A stretch of DNA of 29,899 bases from Macrostomum lignano (Eukaryota): positions 1-29,899 of the forward strand of contig NIVC01004236.1 of the NCBI GenBank assembly GCA_002269645.1, read 5' to 3'. The first letter of the stretch is position 1. The number at the start of each line of letters is the position of its first letter. A program made the position numbers and the translations under genes. Under the pieces are notes generated by a model, which searched no databases, was not told the origin of the DNA, and saw only the letters and a program-made list of their open reading frames with translations. This document shows, piece after piece, positions 10,755 through 20,917 of this stretch.

Positions 10755-11020
10755 GAGGGGGGGGGGTTGTAGCCTACTGGTTAGGGGATTCGATTCTTGA
10801 CCCACCCAGAACAACTTGTGTCCTTGAGAAAGACACCTCAACTCTGCATTGCTTCAGTTCACCCAGCAGTAAAATGGGTGACAGCATTACCTGGGGTAAT
10901 TGAGGGCTTGTGTGGCGATGGCAACCCCAGATTTTAGACTCAACAGCCGCAAGCAGCCTTCAGATGCGCCACGCAATAGCCAGTTGTACGAGCTACATCT
11001 GCCTATTAAGGCAGGTGTAG
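10755..11020 (+). mobile_element. tRNA-derived CORE-type SINE, copy 3 (more diverged)
   Basis: TTGTGTCCTTGAGAAAGACAC..CAGTTCACCCAGCAGTAAAATGGGTG..TGGGGTAATTGAGG..CAGCCTTCAGATGCGCC matches the reverse complement of copies 1 and 2. Confidence 0.8.
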
Positions 11021-11866
11021 TAAAAAAGCTGTCAGTGAAGATGCTATGATAGTGGAGATGAGATCTCACTGGAGATCAGATATTAGTAGATAACATGAGA
11101 AAGAAATAGAGTTAAGGTGAAGGTAAAGATTATACTTCCGTGAATATAAGAGCTCAGTGGAGATTCAATATCAATAAAGACGAGATTTCATTAGGGATGA
11201 AGGTTGAGATGTCAGTAGGGATAAGTTCTCAATGTCATTTCATCACTGGTAGGTAGCTGTAGCCGACTGTAACTATAAATAATGATCAAATATGAATACA
11301 AGTCAATAAGATTGCAATCAAACAATTCTTTTTCAAAACTATCAATTGCTCGGCCGTATTAATTCCCCTATAGAACATTGGGGCGCCCAATTATGCTGAA
11401 GAAGAGATAAAGAAATTGACTATGAAAAAAAGGATGGGAAACGCGCATATTTTTATTTGCATATAACAACGCTTGTCCCCTAATTGCGATTGAAATTCAA
11501 TTATCCAGTACTAAATTTTCTATTTTGAGTTATGGCACGCATTATAGCTATATTGGATTAGAAGATAAGCAAATATATATTGGAATAAATTCGGCAAGGG
11601 GTGCTTAGGAAAATGAGTAGTGGTTGGGAGTACCAACTAGTTTTCTCCTCTATTCTCCGATTCCAACAATCTATAGTGCGAAATGCCAAATTCAGTGTGT
11701 TAAGGAAATGATGACGGCTCGAGTTACGAGCCAATTTCTGGAGAGGATTTAAAAAGCGCCAAACAGTCCTTCTGCCGTCTCACTCACAGATACCTGGGTA
11801 CACGCAAGAGACACCCGCTGAGGACTTAGAGATCTCTTATTCAACTCGCATCAAAACTTCTTACAG

Positions 11867-11996
11867 ATATCGGATCATTTTAACAGCATCAACAAGCTGG
11901 CTCAGAAGAGGGCTCTGATGCGTTCGAAGCAAATTGACCAGCTGTTGCTGACTGACCAGGAAGCCAAGCGCAAGGAGATTCACCTGCTGCTGATTG
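11867..11996 (+). CDS. G-alpha exon: alphaN helix and beta1
   Basis: ISDHFNSINKLAQKRALMRSKQIDQLLLTDQEAKRKEIHLLLIG resembles the canonical RSKxIDxxL..(K/R)ExKLLLLG. TTACAG acceptor, G/GTTTGT donor. Confidence 0.85.
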
Positions 11997-12082
11997 GTTT
12001 GTTTTTTTACTTTAGTACAACACGACACACGTTAAAACAGTTTCTTTCTTACCAAATAATTCCAAATATCTCGACGTCTTAA

Positions 12083-12710
12083 ATGTGTCTACCACAGCCT
12101 GAAGTGTGTCTACCACAGCCTGAAGTGTGTCTACCACAGCCTGAAGTGTGTCTACCACAGCCTGAAGTGTGTCTACCACAGCCTGAAGTGTGTCTACCAC
12201 AGCCTGAAGTGTGTCTACCACAGCCTGAAGTGTGTCTACTACCATATCCTGAAGTGTGTCTACCACAGCCTGAAGTGTGTCTACCACAGCCTGAAGTGTG
12301 TCTACCACAGCCTGAAGTGTGTCTACCACAGCCTGAAGTGTGTCTACCACAGCCTGAAGTGTGTCTACCACAGCCTGAAGTGTGTCTACCACAGCCTGAA
12401 GTGTGTCTACCATATCCTGAAGTGTGTCTACCACAGCCTGAAGTGTGTCTACCACAGCCTGAAGTGTGTCTACCACAGCCTGAAGTGTGTCTACCATATC
12501 CTGAAGTGTGTCTACCATATCCTGAAGTGTGCCTACCATATCCTGAAGTGTCTACCACAGCCTGAAGTGTGTCTACCACAGCCTGAAGTGTGTCTACCAC
12601 AGCCTGAAGTGTGTCTACCATATCCTGAAGTGTGTCTACCATATCCTGAAGTGTGCCTGCCTGAAGTGTGAAGTGTGTCTACCACAGCCTAAGTGTGTCA
12701 AGTGTGTCTA
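12083..12710. repeat. 21-bp minisatellite GTGTGTCTACCACAGCCTGAA in G-alpha intron
   Basis: About 28 copies; source of the PQPEVCL and LQAVVDT artefact ORFs. Confidence 0.97.
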
Positions 12711-13026
12711 AAAGTGTTACTCAGTCTAAAGTGCCCTTTTGAGAGTTCGGAACGTGTCTCACGGCATCTGTAGTGCGTCTCTCGACAGGCTAAAATGTGT
12801 ATACAGTCTATAAGTGTGTCTATCAATAAAAGAGTGTCTCACTATTAAGTTTAAGTTTATGCTGAAGTTTAATTTAAGTTTAATTTTATGAAATTAAAAC
12901 GACAGTATTCATTCATATTATCCGTTATATAGCGCTATTCCTTTAGATTTTTTAACTGCCAAGTTTTTTTCAACCAAAACGTATATTAACGTTTAATCCA
13001 GATTTCACTTTTTGACATTAACTTAG

Positions 13027-13211
13027 GCGGCAACGGATGCGGCAAGAGTACGTTAGTGAAACAGTTTCGAATTCACTACGGAGACGCATTCCCGGACGAG
13101 CAACGCAAGGCGCTGATCGGTCAGGTGCTGGAGAATCTAGCAGATGCGGTGCACATTGTGCTGGAGAATATGCGCACTAGGGACATCTGGTTTCACGATC
13201 CCTACATCAAG
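13027..13211 (+). CDS. G-alpha exon: P-loop and helix alphaA
   Basis: GGNGCGKSTLVKQFRIHYGDAFPDEQRKALIGQVLENLADAVHIVLENM resembles GAGESGKSTFIKQMRIIH..F...E....V.QN...AM..M. Phase-1 acceptor, AAG/GTAGGA donor. Confidence 0.92.
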
Positions 13212-13565
13212 GTAGGAAGGTAGCGGTTTTTTATTCTACATCAAAGTTTGATTGCAGCTGTTGTTGGTCAAAGGGACTTTTTCGAAATTCTAGAAATTAT
13301 CTATCAGAGGACTTGGGCCAGAAGGCTTTCGCTCGATTCCAGGCGTAGCTACATCAAATTTGAATCCACATATTGGGATATTTTTGCTCGACCCATGGCA
13401 GACAAAGTCGGGGCTGCAGTGCATCTTTAGTGCGCCCCTCATGTCTCTGTACTTGTGTAGCTTTGGCTTTAGGGAACCGCAAAAATTCAAGGGCTCACTT
13501 TCTCAGTGCCAGGGTTTTGGAGTTGGTTCTCTTGAACAAGCCCCAGGCAAATATTCATACACCAG

Positions 13566-13975
13566 ACCCGAATTCTGTGGCCCCGCATGGAATGCAACTC
13601 ACACGGAGATGTAAGACCATTGTTAATCGCGCACCCAACCAGGACATGGTTGAAGAATTCCAAGCCTACTGTCCGAAATTCAACAGTCAAATATTTCGCC
13701 ACTCCGGCAAACAAGTGGACATTGAGAACAGCATTCACTACGCGCACGTTGATTTTGTGGACGACGATACGCTGGCATCGGCGCCGACTGACACCGACCT
13801 GCCTAGCAGTTGCGGTCACGACAACGCGCACGAACTACTGTTATTCGATGTTAGCTACCGAGAGGCCAGGCGAAACAACTTAGACTTGAACGGACTTGAC
13901 GGACTGGCTTCGGGTGGGGACGGCAACGGAGGCGACACGGCGTCAGCTTCGTTAATAATCTATTATAATACGCAG
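13566..13975 (+). CDS. G-alpha exon within the helical-domain insertion (5' boundary unresolved: 13507 or 13566; a small exon ~13308-13344 probably precedes it)
   Basis: Open frame ..QDMVEEFQAYCPKFNSQIFRHSGKQVDIENSIHYAHVDFVDDD..YNTQ ending at CAG/GTGAGA in phase 0, matching the acceptor at 14388. Confidence 0.55.
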
Positions 13976-14227
13976 GTGAGAAAGACGCGTCTCACCGGAT
14001 GAGTCTATTTGGAGCATCGTATTAAATAGATAAAGAATAAGAAGTCCACGAGGATTATAAAAAACCAGTTATTTTCTTCTTATCATGTTTTCTTCTACAT
14101 GTAAAATGAAGTCATTATACAAGCGCACATTAAGATCTTAGTACATTTTGGTCCTCATAAATGTGAATTAATGTAACTATAAGGTCATTTCAAGCATGTG
14201 AATGCACATTTTTGTCCTTGTTTAGCG

Positions 14228-14355
14228 CGGCCCGGCGCCTCTAAAGGCTGCGTACGGCTGTTCAGTCCAAGGACTGGCACCCATTTTACAGCTGGGTGAA
14301 CTGCAGCAATGCAGAGTAAAGTGTCTTGCTCAAGGACACAAATTTGAACTCAAGG
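14228..14355 (-). mobile_element. CORE-type SINE, copy 4 (truncated, internally deleted)
   Basis: AAGGCTGCGTACGGCTGTTCAGTCCAAGGACTGG is fused directly to CACCCATTTTACAGCTGGGTGAACTG...GTGTCTTGCTCAAGGACACAA. Confidence 0.85.
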
Positions 14356-14387
14356 TCCTTTCTATCCGATATATAAAAACACCGCAG

Positions 14388-14797
14388 GGCCTCGAGGACA
14401 GCCAGTCCGAAGCGGACGACCGAGACCGTGAGCGAGAGACGCACACGGCCAGGACCTACATTAGCAGTCTGGAATTTGGCAAATTCTCCAGACGTCAAAG
14501 ACGCCAACAACTGCAAAACCTGAGCGGAGAGGATGCCGGACTGAACCAGCTGGACGATGGCAGCTCCGACAGCAGCTGCGCCAGGCTGGTTGAGCACCTT
14601 CACCTAGGCGACGCGCACGACACCGACTCCTCGGGAGGTCGGCGCGCCTCGTCAACCCTGGACGGCTTGCCGCCTCACGACGAAATCGTGTTCTGCTTCG
14701 TGCGACACATAAAGAACTGCATTGTGCAGCCGGAGTTCGAATTGTGCCTCGCTGATCACGAGTACTTCAAGCCGGAGATTACCTACGCCGAGATGTA
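14388..14797 (+). CDS. G-alpha exon: end of insertion, helices alphaC-alphaE (not in ORF track)
   Basis: GLEDSQSEADD...PPHDEIVFCFVRHIKNCIVQPEFELCLADHEYFKPEITYAEM. Ends TA/GTGAGT, completing Tyr with the C at 18196; 410 nt = 136 codons + 2. Confidence 0.75.
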
Positions 14798-14904
14798 GTG
14801 AGTTACTTCGTTTGTTTTTAGAGGGTCTGACAGACAGTCTAGCTGTCCTCTTGATTGTTAATCTGTTTTTTTATATTCAATAGTGACTAGTTCAGTAGGG
14901 CAGC

Positions 14905-17900
14905 GATTCTCATTGCCCTAAAGTGTGATTCTCATTGCCCTAAAGTGTGATTCTCATTGCCCTAAAGTGTGATTCTCATTGCCCTAAAGTGTGATTCTCA
15001 TTGCCCTAAAGTGTGATTCTCATTGCCATAAAGTGTGATTCTCATTGCCCTAAAGTGTGATTCTCATTGTCATAAAGTGTGATTCTCATTGCCCTAAAGT
15101 GTGATTCTCATTGCCCTAAAGTGTGATTCTCATTGTCATAAAGTGTGATTCTCATTGCCCTAAAGTGTGATTCTCATTGTCATAAAGTGTGATTCTCATT
15201 GCCCTAAAGTGTGATTCTCATTGCCCTAAAGGGTGATTCTCATTGCCCTAAAGTGTGATTCTCATTGCCCTAAAGTGTGATTCTCATTGCCCTAAAGTGT
15301 GATTCTCATTGCCCTAAAGTGTGATTCTCATTGCCATAAAGTGTGATTCTCATTGCCCTAAAGTGTGATTCTCATTGCCCTAAAGTGTGATTCTCATTGC
15401 CATAAAGTGTGATTCTCATTGCCCTAAAGTGTGATTCTCATTGCCCTAAAGTGTGATTCTCATTGCCCTAAAGTGTGATTCTCATTGTCATAAAGTGTGA
15501 TTCTCATTGCCCTAAAGTGTGATTCTCATTGCCCTAAAGTGTGATTCTCATTGCCATAAAGTGTGATTCTCATTGCCATAAAGTGTGATTCTCATTGCCC
15601 TAAAGTGTGATTCTCATTGCCCTAAAGTGTGATTCTCATTGCCCTAAAGTGTGATTCTCATTGCCCTAAAGTGTCATTCTCATTGCCCTAAAGTGTGATT
15701 CTCATTGCCCTAAAGTGTGATTCTCATTGCCCTAAAGTGTGATTCTCATTGCCCTAAAGTGTGATTCTCATTGCCCTAAAGTGTGATTCTCATTGCCCTA
15801 AAGTGTGATTCTCATTGCCCTAAAGTGTCATTCTCATTGCCCTAAAGTGTCATTCTCATTGCCCTAAAGTGTCATTCTCATTGCCCTAAAGTGTGATTCT
15901 CATTGCCCTAAAGTGTGATTCTCATTGCCCTAAAGTGTGATTCTCATTGCCCTAAAGTGTCATTCTCATTGCCCTAAAGTGTCATTCTCATTGCCCTAAA
16001 GTGTGATTCTCATTGCCCTAAAGTGTGATTCTCATTGCCATAAAGTGTGATTCTCATTGCCCTAAAGTGTGATTCTCATTGCCCTAAAGTGTGATTCTCA
16101 TTGCCCTAAAGTGTCATTCTCATTGCCCTAAAGTGTCATTCTCATTGCCCTAAAGTGTGATTCTCATTGCCCTAAAGTGTGATTCTCATTGCCCTAAAGT
16201 GTCATTCTCATTGCCCTAAAGTGTCATTCTCATTGCCCTAAAGTGTCATTCTCATTGCCCTAAAGTGTCATTCTCATTGCCCTGAAGTGTGATTCTCATT
16301 GCCCTAAAGTGTGATTCTCATTGCCATAAAGTGTGATTCTCATTGCCCTAAAGTGTGATTCTCATTGCCCTAAAGTGTCATTCTCATTGCCCTAAAGTGT
16401 GATTCTCATTGCCCTAAAGTGTGATTCTCATTGCCCTAAAGTGTGATTCTCATTGCCCTAAAGTGTGATTCTCATTGCCATAAAGTGTGATTCTCATTGC
16501 CCTAAAGTGTGATTCTCATTGCCCTAAAGTGTGATTCTCATTGCCCTAAAGTGTGATTCTCATTGCCCTAAAGTGTGATTATCATTGCCCTAAAGGGTGA
16601 TTCTCATTGCCCTAAAGTGTGATTCTCATTGTCATAAAGTGTGATTCTCATTGCCCTAAAGTGTGATTCTCATTGTCATAAAGTGTGATTCTCATTGCCC
16701 TAAAGTGTGATTCTCATTGCCCTAAAGGGTGATTCTCATTGCCCTAAAGTGTCATTCTCATTGCCCTAAAGTGTCATTCTCATTGCCCTAAAGTGTGATT
16801 CTCATTGCCCTAAAGTGTCATTCTCATTGCCCTAAAGTGTGATTCTCATTGCCCTAAAGTGTCATTCTCATTGCCCTAAAGTGTCATTCTCATTGCCCTA
16901 AAGTGTGATTCTCATTGCCCTAAAGTGTGATTCTCATTGCCATAAAGTGTGATTCTCATTGCCCTAAAGTGTGATTCTCATTGCCCTAAAGTGTGATTCT
17001 CATTGCCCTAAAGTGTCATTCTCATTGCCCTAAAGTGTCATTCTCATTGCCCTAAAGTGTCATTCTCATTGCCCTAAAGTGTGATTCTCATTGCCCTAAA
17101 GTGTCATTCTCATTGCCCTAAAGTGTGATTCTCATTGCCCTAAAGTGTCATTCTCATTGCCCTAAAGTGTCATTCTCATTGCCCTGAAGTGTGATTCTCA
17201 TTGCCCTAAAGTGTGATTCTCATTGCCCTAAAGTGTGATTCTCATTGCCATAAAGTGTGATTCTCATTGCCCTAAAGTGTGATTCTCATTGCCATAAAGT
17301 GTGATTCTCATTGCCCTAAAGTGTGATTCTCATTGCCCTAAAGTGTGATTCTCATTGTCATAAAGTGTGATTCTCATTGCCATAAAGTGTGATTCTCATT
17401 GCCCTAAAGTGTGATTCTCATTGCCCTAAAGTGTGATTCTCATTGCCCTAAAGTGTGATTCTCATTGCCCTAAAGTGTGATTATCATTGCCCTAAAGGGT
17501 GATTCTCATTGCCCTAAAGTGTGATTCTCATTGTCATAAAGTGTGATTCTCATTGCCCTAAAGTGTGATTCTCATTGCCCTAAAGGGTGATTCTCATTGC
17601 CCTAAAGTGTGATTCTCATTGTCATAAAGTGTGATTCTCATTGCCCTAAAGTGTGATTCTCATTGCCCTAAAGGGTGATTCTCATTGCCATAAAATGTAA
17701 TTCTCATTGTCATAAAGTGTGATTCTCATTGCCCTAAAGTGTGATTCTCATTGCCCTAAAGTGTGATTCTCATTGTCATAAAGTGTGATTCTCATTGCCC
17801 TAAAGTGTGATTCTCATTGTCATAAAGTGTGATTCTCATTGCCCTAAAGTGTGATTCTCATTGCCCTAAAGGGTGATTCTCATTGCCCTAAAGTGTGATT

Positions 17901-18077
17901 CTCATTGTCATAAAGTGTGATTCTCATTGCCCTAAAGTGTGATTCTCATTGCCCTAAAGGGTGATTCTCATTGCCATAAAATGTAATTCTCATTGTCATA
18001 AAGTGTGATTCTCATTGCCCTAAAGTGTGATTCTCATTGCCCTAAAGTGTGATTCTCATTGCCCTAAAGGGTGATTC
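14905..18077. repeat. 22-bp satellite GATTCTCATTGCCCTAAAGTGT, ~144 copies (3.2 kb) in G-alpha intron
   Basis: Direct reading; highly homogeneous with a few diagnostic variants. Confidence 0.99.
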
Positions 18078-18195
18078 AACATCAGTCTGATTACAGTTTT
18101 CAAGTTAGCGACAATTTTAACTTAAAACACTAAAAACTTACTAAAATGTTTAAGGCTCTGTAAAATAAAGATCACCAATCTAAATAAATCTACAG

Positions 18196-18324
18196 CTTTA
18201 TACAACACGTGGATCGCGTCATTCAAGAGGACTATGTGCCAACGCTGCAAGATATTTTGGCCATTCGCAAGCCGAGCGACGCAGTCAGACAGACCGAATT
18301 TCAAATTGCTGGCACCACTTTTCG
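18196..18324 (+). CDS. G-alpha exon: alphaE-alphaF, switch I
   Basis: YFIQHVDRVIQEDYVPTLQDILAIRKPSDAVRQTEFQIAGTTFR resembles [41 protein letters not shown] donor. Confidence 0.92.
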
Positions 18325-18349
18325 GTGAGCTTAAAGCGGATGCAGAATG

Positions 18350-19130
18350 TTCTGTGTCTACTTTCCTGTCGCTTCTGTGTCCACCTCTTTGTACTCGCTT
18401 TGTCCACCTCCCTGTCGCTGTAGTGTCCATTTACTGGTCGCTGCTGTGTCCACCTCGTTGCATCCGCTGTGTCCACCTTCCTGTCACTGTTGTGTCCACC
18501 TCTTTGCATCCGCTGTGTCCACCTCTCTGTCGCTGTTATGTCCATCTTCCTGTCGCTGTTATGTCCATCTTCCTGTCACTGTTGTGTCCATCTTCCTGTC
18601 ACTGTTGTGTCCATCTTCCTGTCGCTGTGTGTGTCCACCTTTCTGTCGCTGTTATGTCAATCTTCCTGTCGCTGTTATGTCCATCTTCCTGTCACTGTTG
18701 TGTCCATCTTCCTGTCACTGTTGTGTCCATCTTCCTGTCACTGTTGTGTCCATCTTCCTGTCGCTGTGTGTGTCCACCTTTCTGTCGCTGTTATGTCAAT
18801 CTTCCTGTCGCTGTTATGTCCATCTTCCTGTCACTGTTGTGTCCATCTTCCTGTCACTGTTGTGTCCATCTTCCTGTCACTGTTGTGTCCATCTTCCTGT
18901 CACTGTTGTGTTCATCTTCCTGTCGCTGTGTGTTTCTACCTCTCTGTCGCTGTTATGTCCATCTTCCTGTCGCTGTGTGTGTCCAGCTCTCTGTCGCTGT
19001 GTGTGTCCAGCTCTCTGTCGCTGTGTGTGTCCAGCTCTCTGTCGCTGTGTGTGTCCAGCTCTCTGTCGCTGTTGTGTCCATTTCCCGGTCGCTGTTGAGT
19101 CCACCTTTTTGCATCCGCTGTGTCCACCTC
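18350..19130. repeat. CT-rich ~23-bp degenerate minisatellite (CCTGTCACTGTTGTGTCCATCTT-like)
   Basis: Many variant copies; source of Cys/Leu-rich artefact ORFs. Confidence 0.93.
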
Positions 19131-19216
19131 CCAGCCTCCAATGTGTCTGTTTCCCTAAATTCCCTAAATTCAACTCCCTAAAATGTTTTGTGTCCACCTC
19201 CTTGAATCTGAATCAT

Positions 19217-19478
19217 CTGTGTACACCCCTGTCTATCTGTGTACACCCCTGTCTATCTGTGTACACCCCCTATCTGTGTACACCCCCTATCTGTGTACAC
19301 CCCTGTCTATCTGTGTACACCCCCTGTCTATCTGTGTACATCCCTGTCTATCTGTGTACACCCCCTGTCTATCTGTGTACACCCCCTGTCTATCTGTGTA
19401 CACCCCTGTCTATCTGTGTACACCTCCTGTCTATCTGTGTACACCCCTATCTGTGCGCACCCCCTGTCTATCTGTGTC
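19217..19478. repeat. ~20-21-bp repeat TATCTGTGTACACCCCCTGTC
   Basis: About 13 copies, each with a GTGTACAC palindrome. Confidence 0.93.
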
Positions 19479-19576
19479 CGACCTCCTTGGCTTTTTCATC
19501 ACATCTGGATATCATCAGCCAAGTCAATCAATTTATCTGCAATAAAAATCCGCCCAATTTTCATTCAAAACGACAG

Positions 19577-19706
19577 CATGATCGATCTGGCAGGCCAGAG
19601 AAGCCAGCGGCACAAGTGGATTCACTATTTCGAAGACGTCAACGCAGTGCTATTCGTCAGCTCTCTGTCTGGCTTCGGCGAGCTTGTCGAAGAGGAGGAC
19701 AGAACG
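19577..19706 (+). CDS. G-alpha exon: switch II
   Basis: RMIDLAGQRSQRHKWIHYFEDVNAVLFVSSLSGFGELVEEEDRT resembles [34 protein letters not shown]. Confidence 0.95.
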
Positions 19707-19789
19707 GTGAGAAACCACGCACGTCTTTCTAAATCATTAATCATCATAAATCATGTCATAAACAGACAATCCATCCGTACATTCTCCAG

Positions 19790-19945
19790 ACAATTAAAAT
19801 GTCCGACTGTCTATCAACATTCAGCGAGATCATCAGCAACAAGTACTGTGGAAGAAGGATTTCTTTCTGTTCTTAAACAAATTGGACGTGTTCGAGCAGA
19901 AGTTGAAGTCCAAGAGTATTACAGGACTGTTTCCGGACTATCGAG
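19790..19945 (+). CDS. G-alpha exon: alpha3 and NKxD motif (one -1 shift near 19847-19851)
   Basis: KMSDCLSTFSEIISNKY, then after the shift WKKDFFLFLNKLDVFEQKLKSKSITGLFPDYRG, resembling NRM.ESL.LF.SI.NN.WF....ILFLNKKDLFEEK.......FPEYxG. Confidence 0.88.
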
Positions 19946-19961
19946 GTGAGATTTTTCAGAG

Positions 19962-20480
19962 AAATCGCCCCTGGTTATCCAAGCAAATCACCCTGATTAT
20001 CCATCAAAATCGCCCTGATTATCCATCAAAATCGCCCTGATTATCCATCAAAATCGCCCTGATTATCCAAGCAAATCGCCTTGATTAACCAGGAAAATCG
20101 ACCTGATTATCCATCAAAATCGCCCCGATTATCCATCAAAATCGCCCTCATTATCCATCAAAATCGCCCTGATTATCCATCAAAATCGCCCTCATTATCC
20201 ATCAAAATCGCCCTGATTATCCATCAAAATCGCCCTGATTATCCAAGAAAATCGCCCTAATTATCAAGAAAATCGCCCTGGCTATCGAAGAAAATCGCCC
20301 TGATTATCCAAGAAAATCGCCCTGATTTTCCAACGAAATCTCCCACATTATCCAACGAAATCGCCATTTTTTTCTTGAAAATCGCTCCGATTATCCAAGA
20401 AAATTACCCTGATTATTCAAGAAAATCACCCTGATTATCCAAGAAAATTGCCCTGATTATCTGAAAAAATCGCCCCTAAT
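19962..20480. repeat. 22-bp minisatellite AAATCGCCCTGATTATCCATCA and variants
   Basis: About 22 copies filling the last G-alpha intron. Confidence 0.93.
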
Positions 20481-20549
20481 ATAGATAACAACGAACAAAC
20501 AGAATCGAGACATCAAGTTTGATCCTCCTCAATCGTCCTCAATCTCCAG

Positions 20550-20749
20550 GCCACGACGAGGTGAACCAGTGCGCGCAGTACATCAAGGAGAAGTTCACCA
20601 GCCTCATACCGAAGAACATGCCAAAGTCCAAGAGAATCTACACGCACCTCATCACGGCCATAGACATTGACAGCATGAAGCCCCTGTTCAAAGAAGTGCT
20701 GCATCGAATCGCTGAGGCGAACTTGAAGAAGAGCATCACGATTTTTTAG
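20550..20749 (+). CDS. G-alpha terminal exon (alpha4, beta6, alpha5)
   Basis: GHDEVNQCAQYIKEKFTSL..KRIYTHLITAIDIDSMKPLFKEVLHRIAEANLKKSITIF* resembles ..YI..KF..L..K.IY.HFTCATDT.N++.VF..V.D.I...NLK. Confidence 0.93.
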
Positions 20750-20900
20750 TCTAGCTTGCAAATTCTATGAACTAAACAGTCAAATTACTAACTTATGTAC
20801 TTTTGTCACCAAAGGGATCAAACAGGCTTATTATACGCAACAGTACCTTGCACCTTGCAAATCAAATTGTTGCGACTTTGTATAAATGTAACTAAACACT

Positions 20901-20906
20901 AATAAA
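20901..20906 (+). terminator. Candidate polyadenylation signal for the G-alpha gene
   Basis: AATAAA about 150 nt after the TAG. Confidence 0.45.
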
Positions 20907-20917
20907 TACATAGATAC

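Noticed and set aside
11700-11830. Short open stretch GNDDGSSYEPISGEDLKSAKQSFCRLTHRYLG as an extra G-alpha exon
   Set aside because: Its candidate donor phase does not fit the 11867 acceptor, and exon 10333-10716 joins in phase without it.
12012-12642. PQPEVCL and DTLQAVV heptad ORFs resembling coiled coils or metallothionein-like proteins
   Set aside because: 21-bp repeat lying between two in-phase G-alpha exons.
14795-14799. Apparent stop (ATG TAG) truncating G-alpha
   Set aside because: TA/GTGAGT is a donor; splicing to 18196 makes TAC (Tyr) and restores the alignment.
14905-18077. Regular arrays as CRISPR loci
   Set aside because: Head-to-tail units with no unique spacers, no cas genes, and a spliceosomal eukaryotic context.
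18234-19732. Cys-rich ORFs of 209-461 aa
   Set aside because: CT-rich repeat translations; only 18196-18324 and 19577-19706 match G-alpha.
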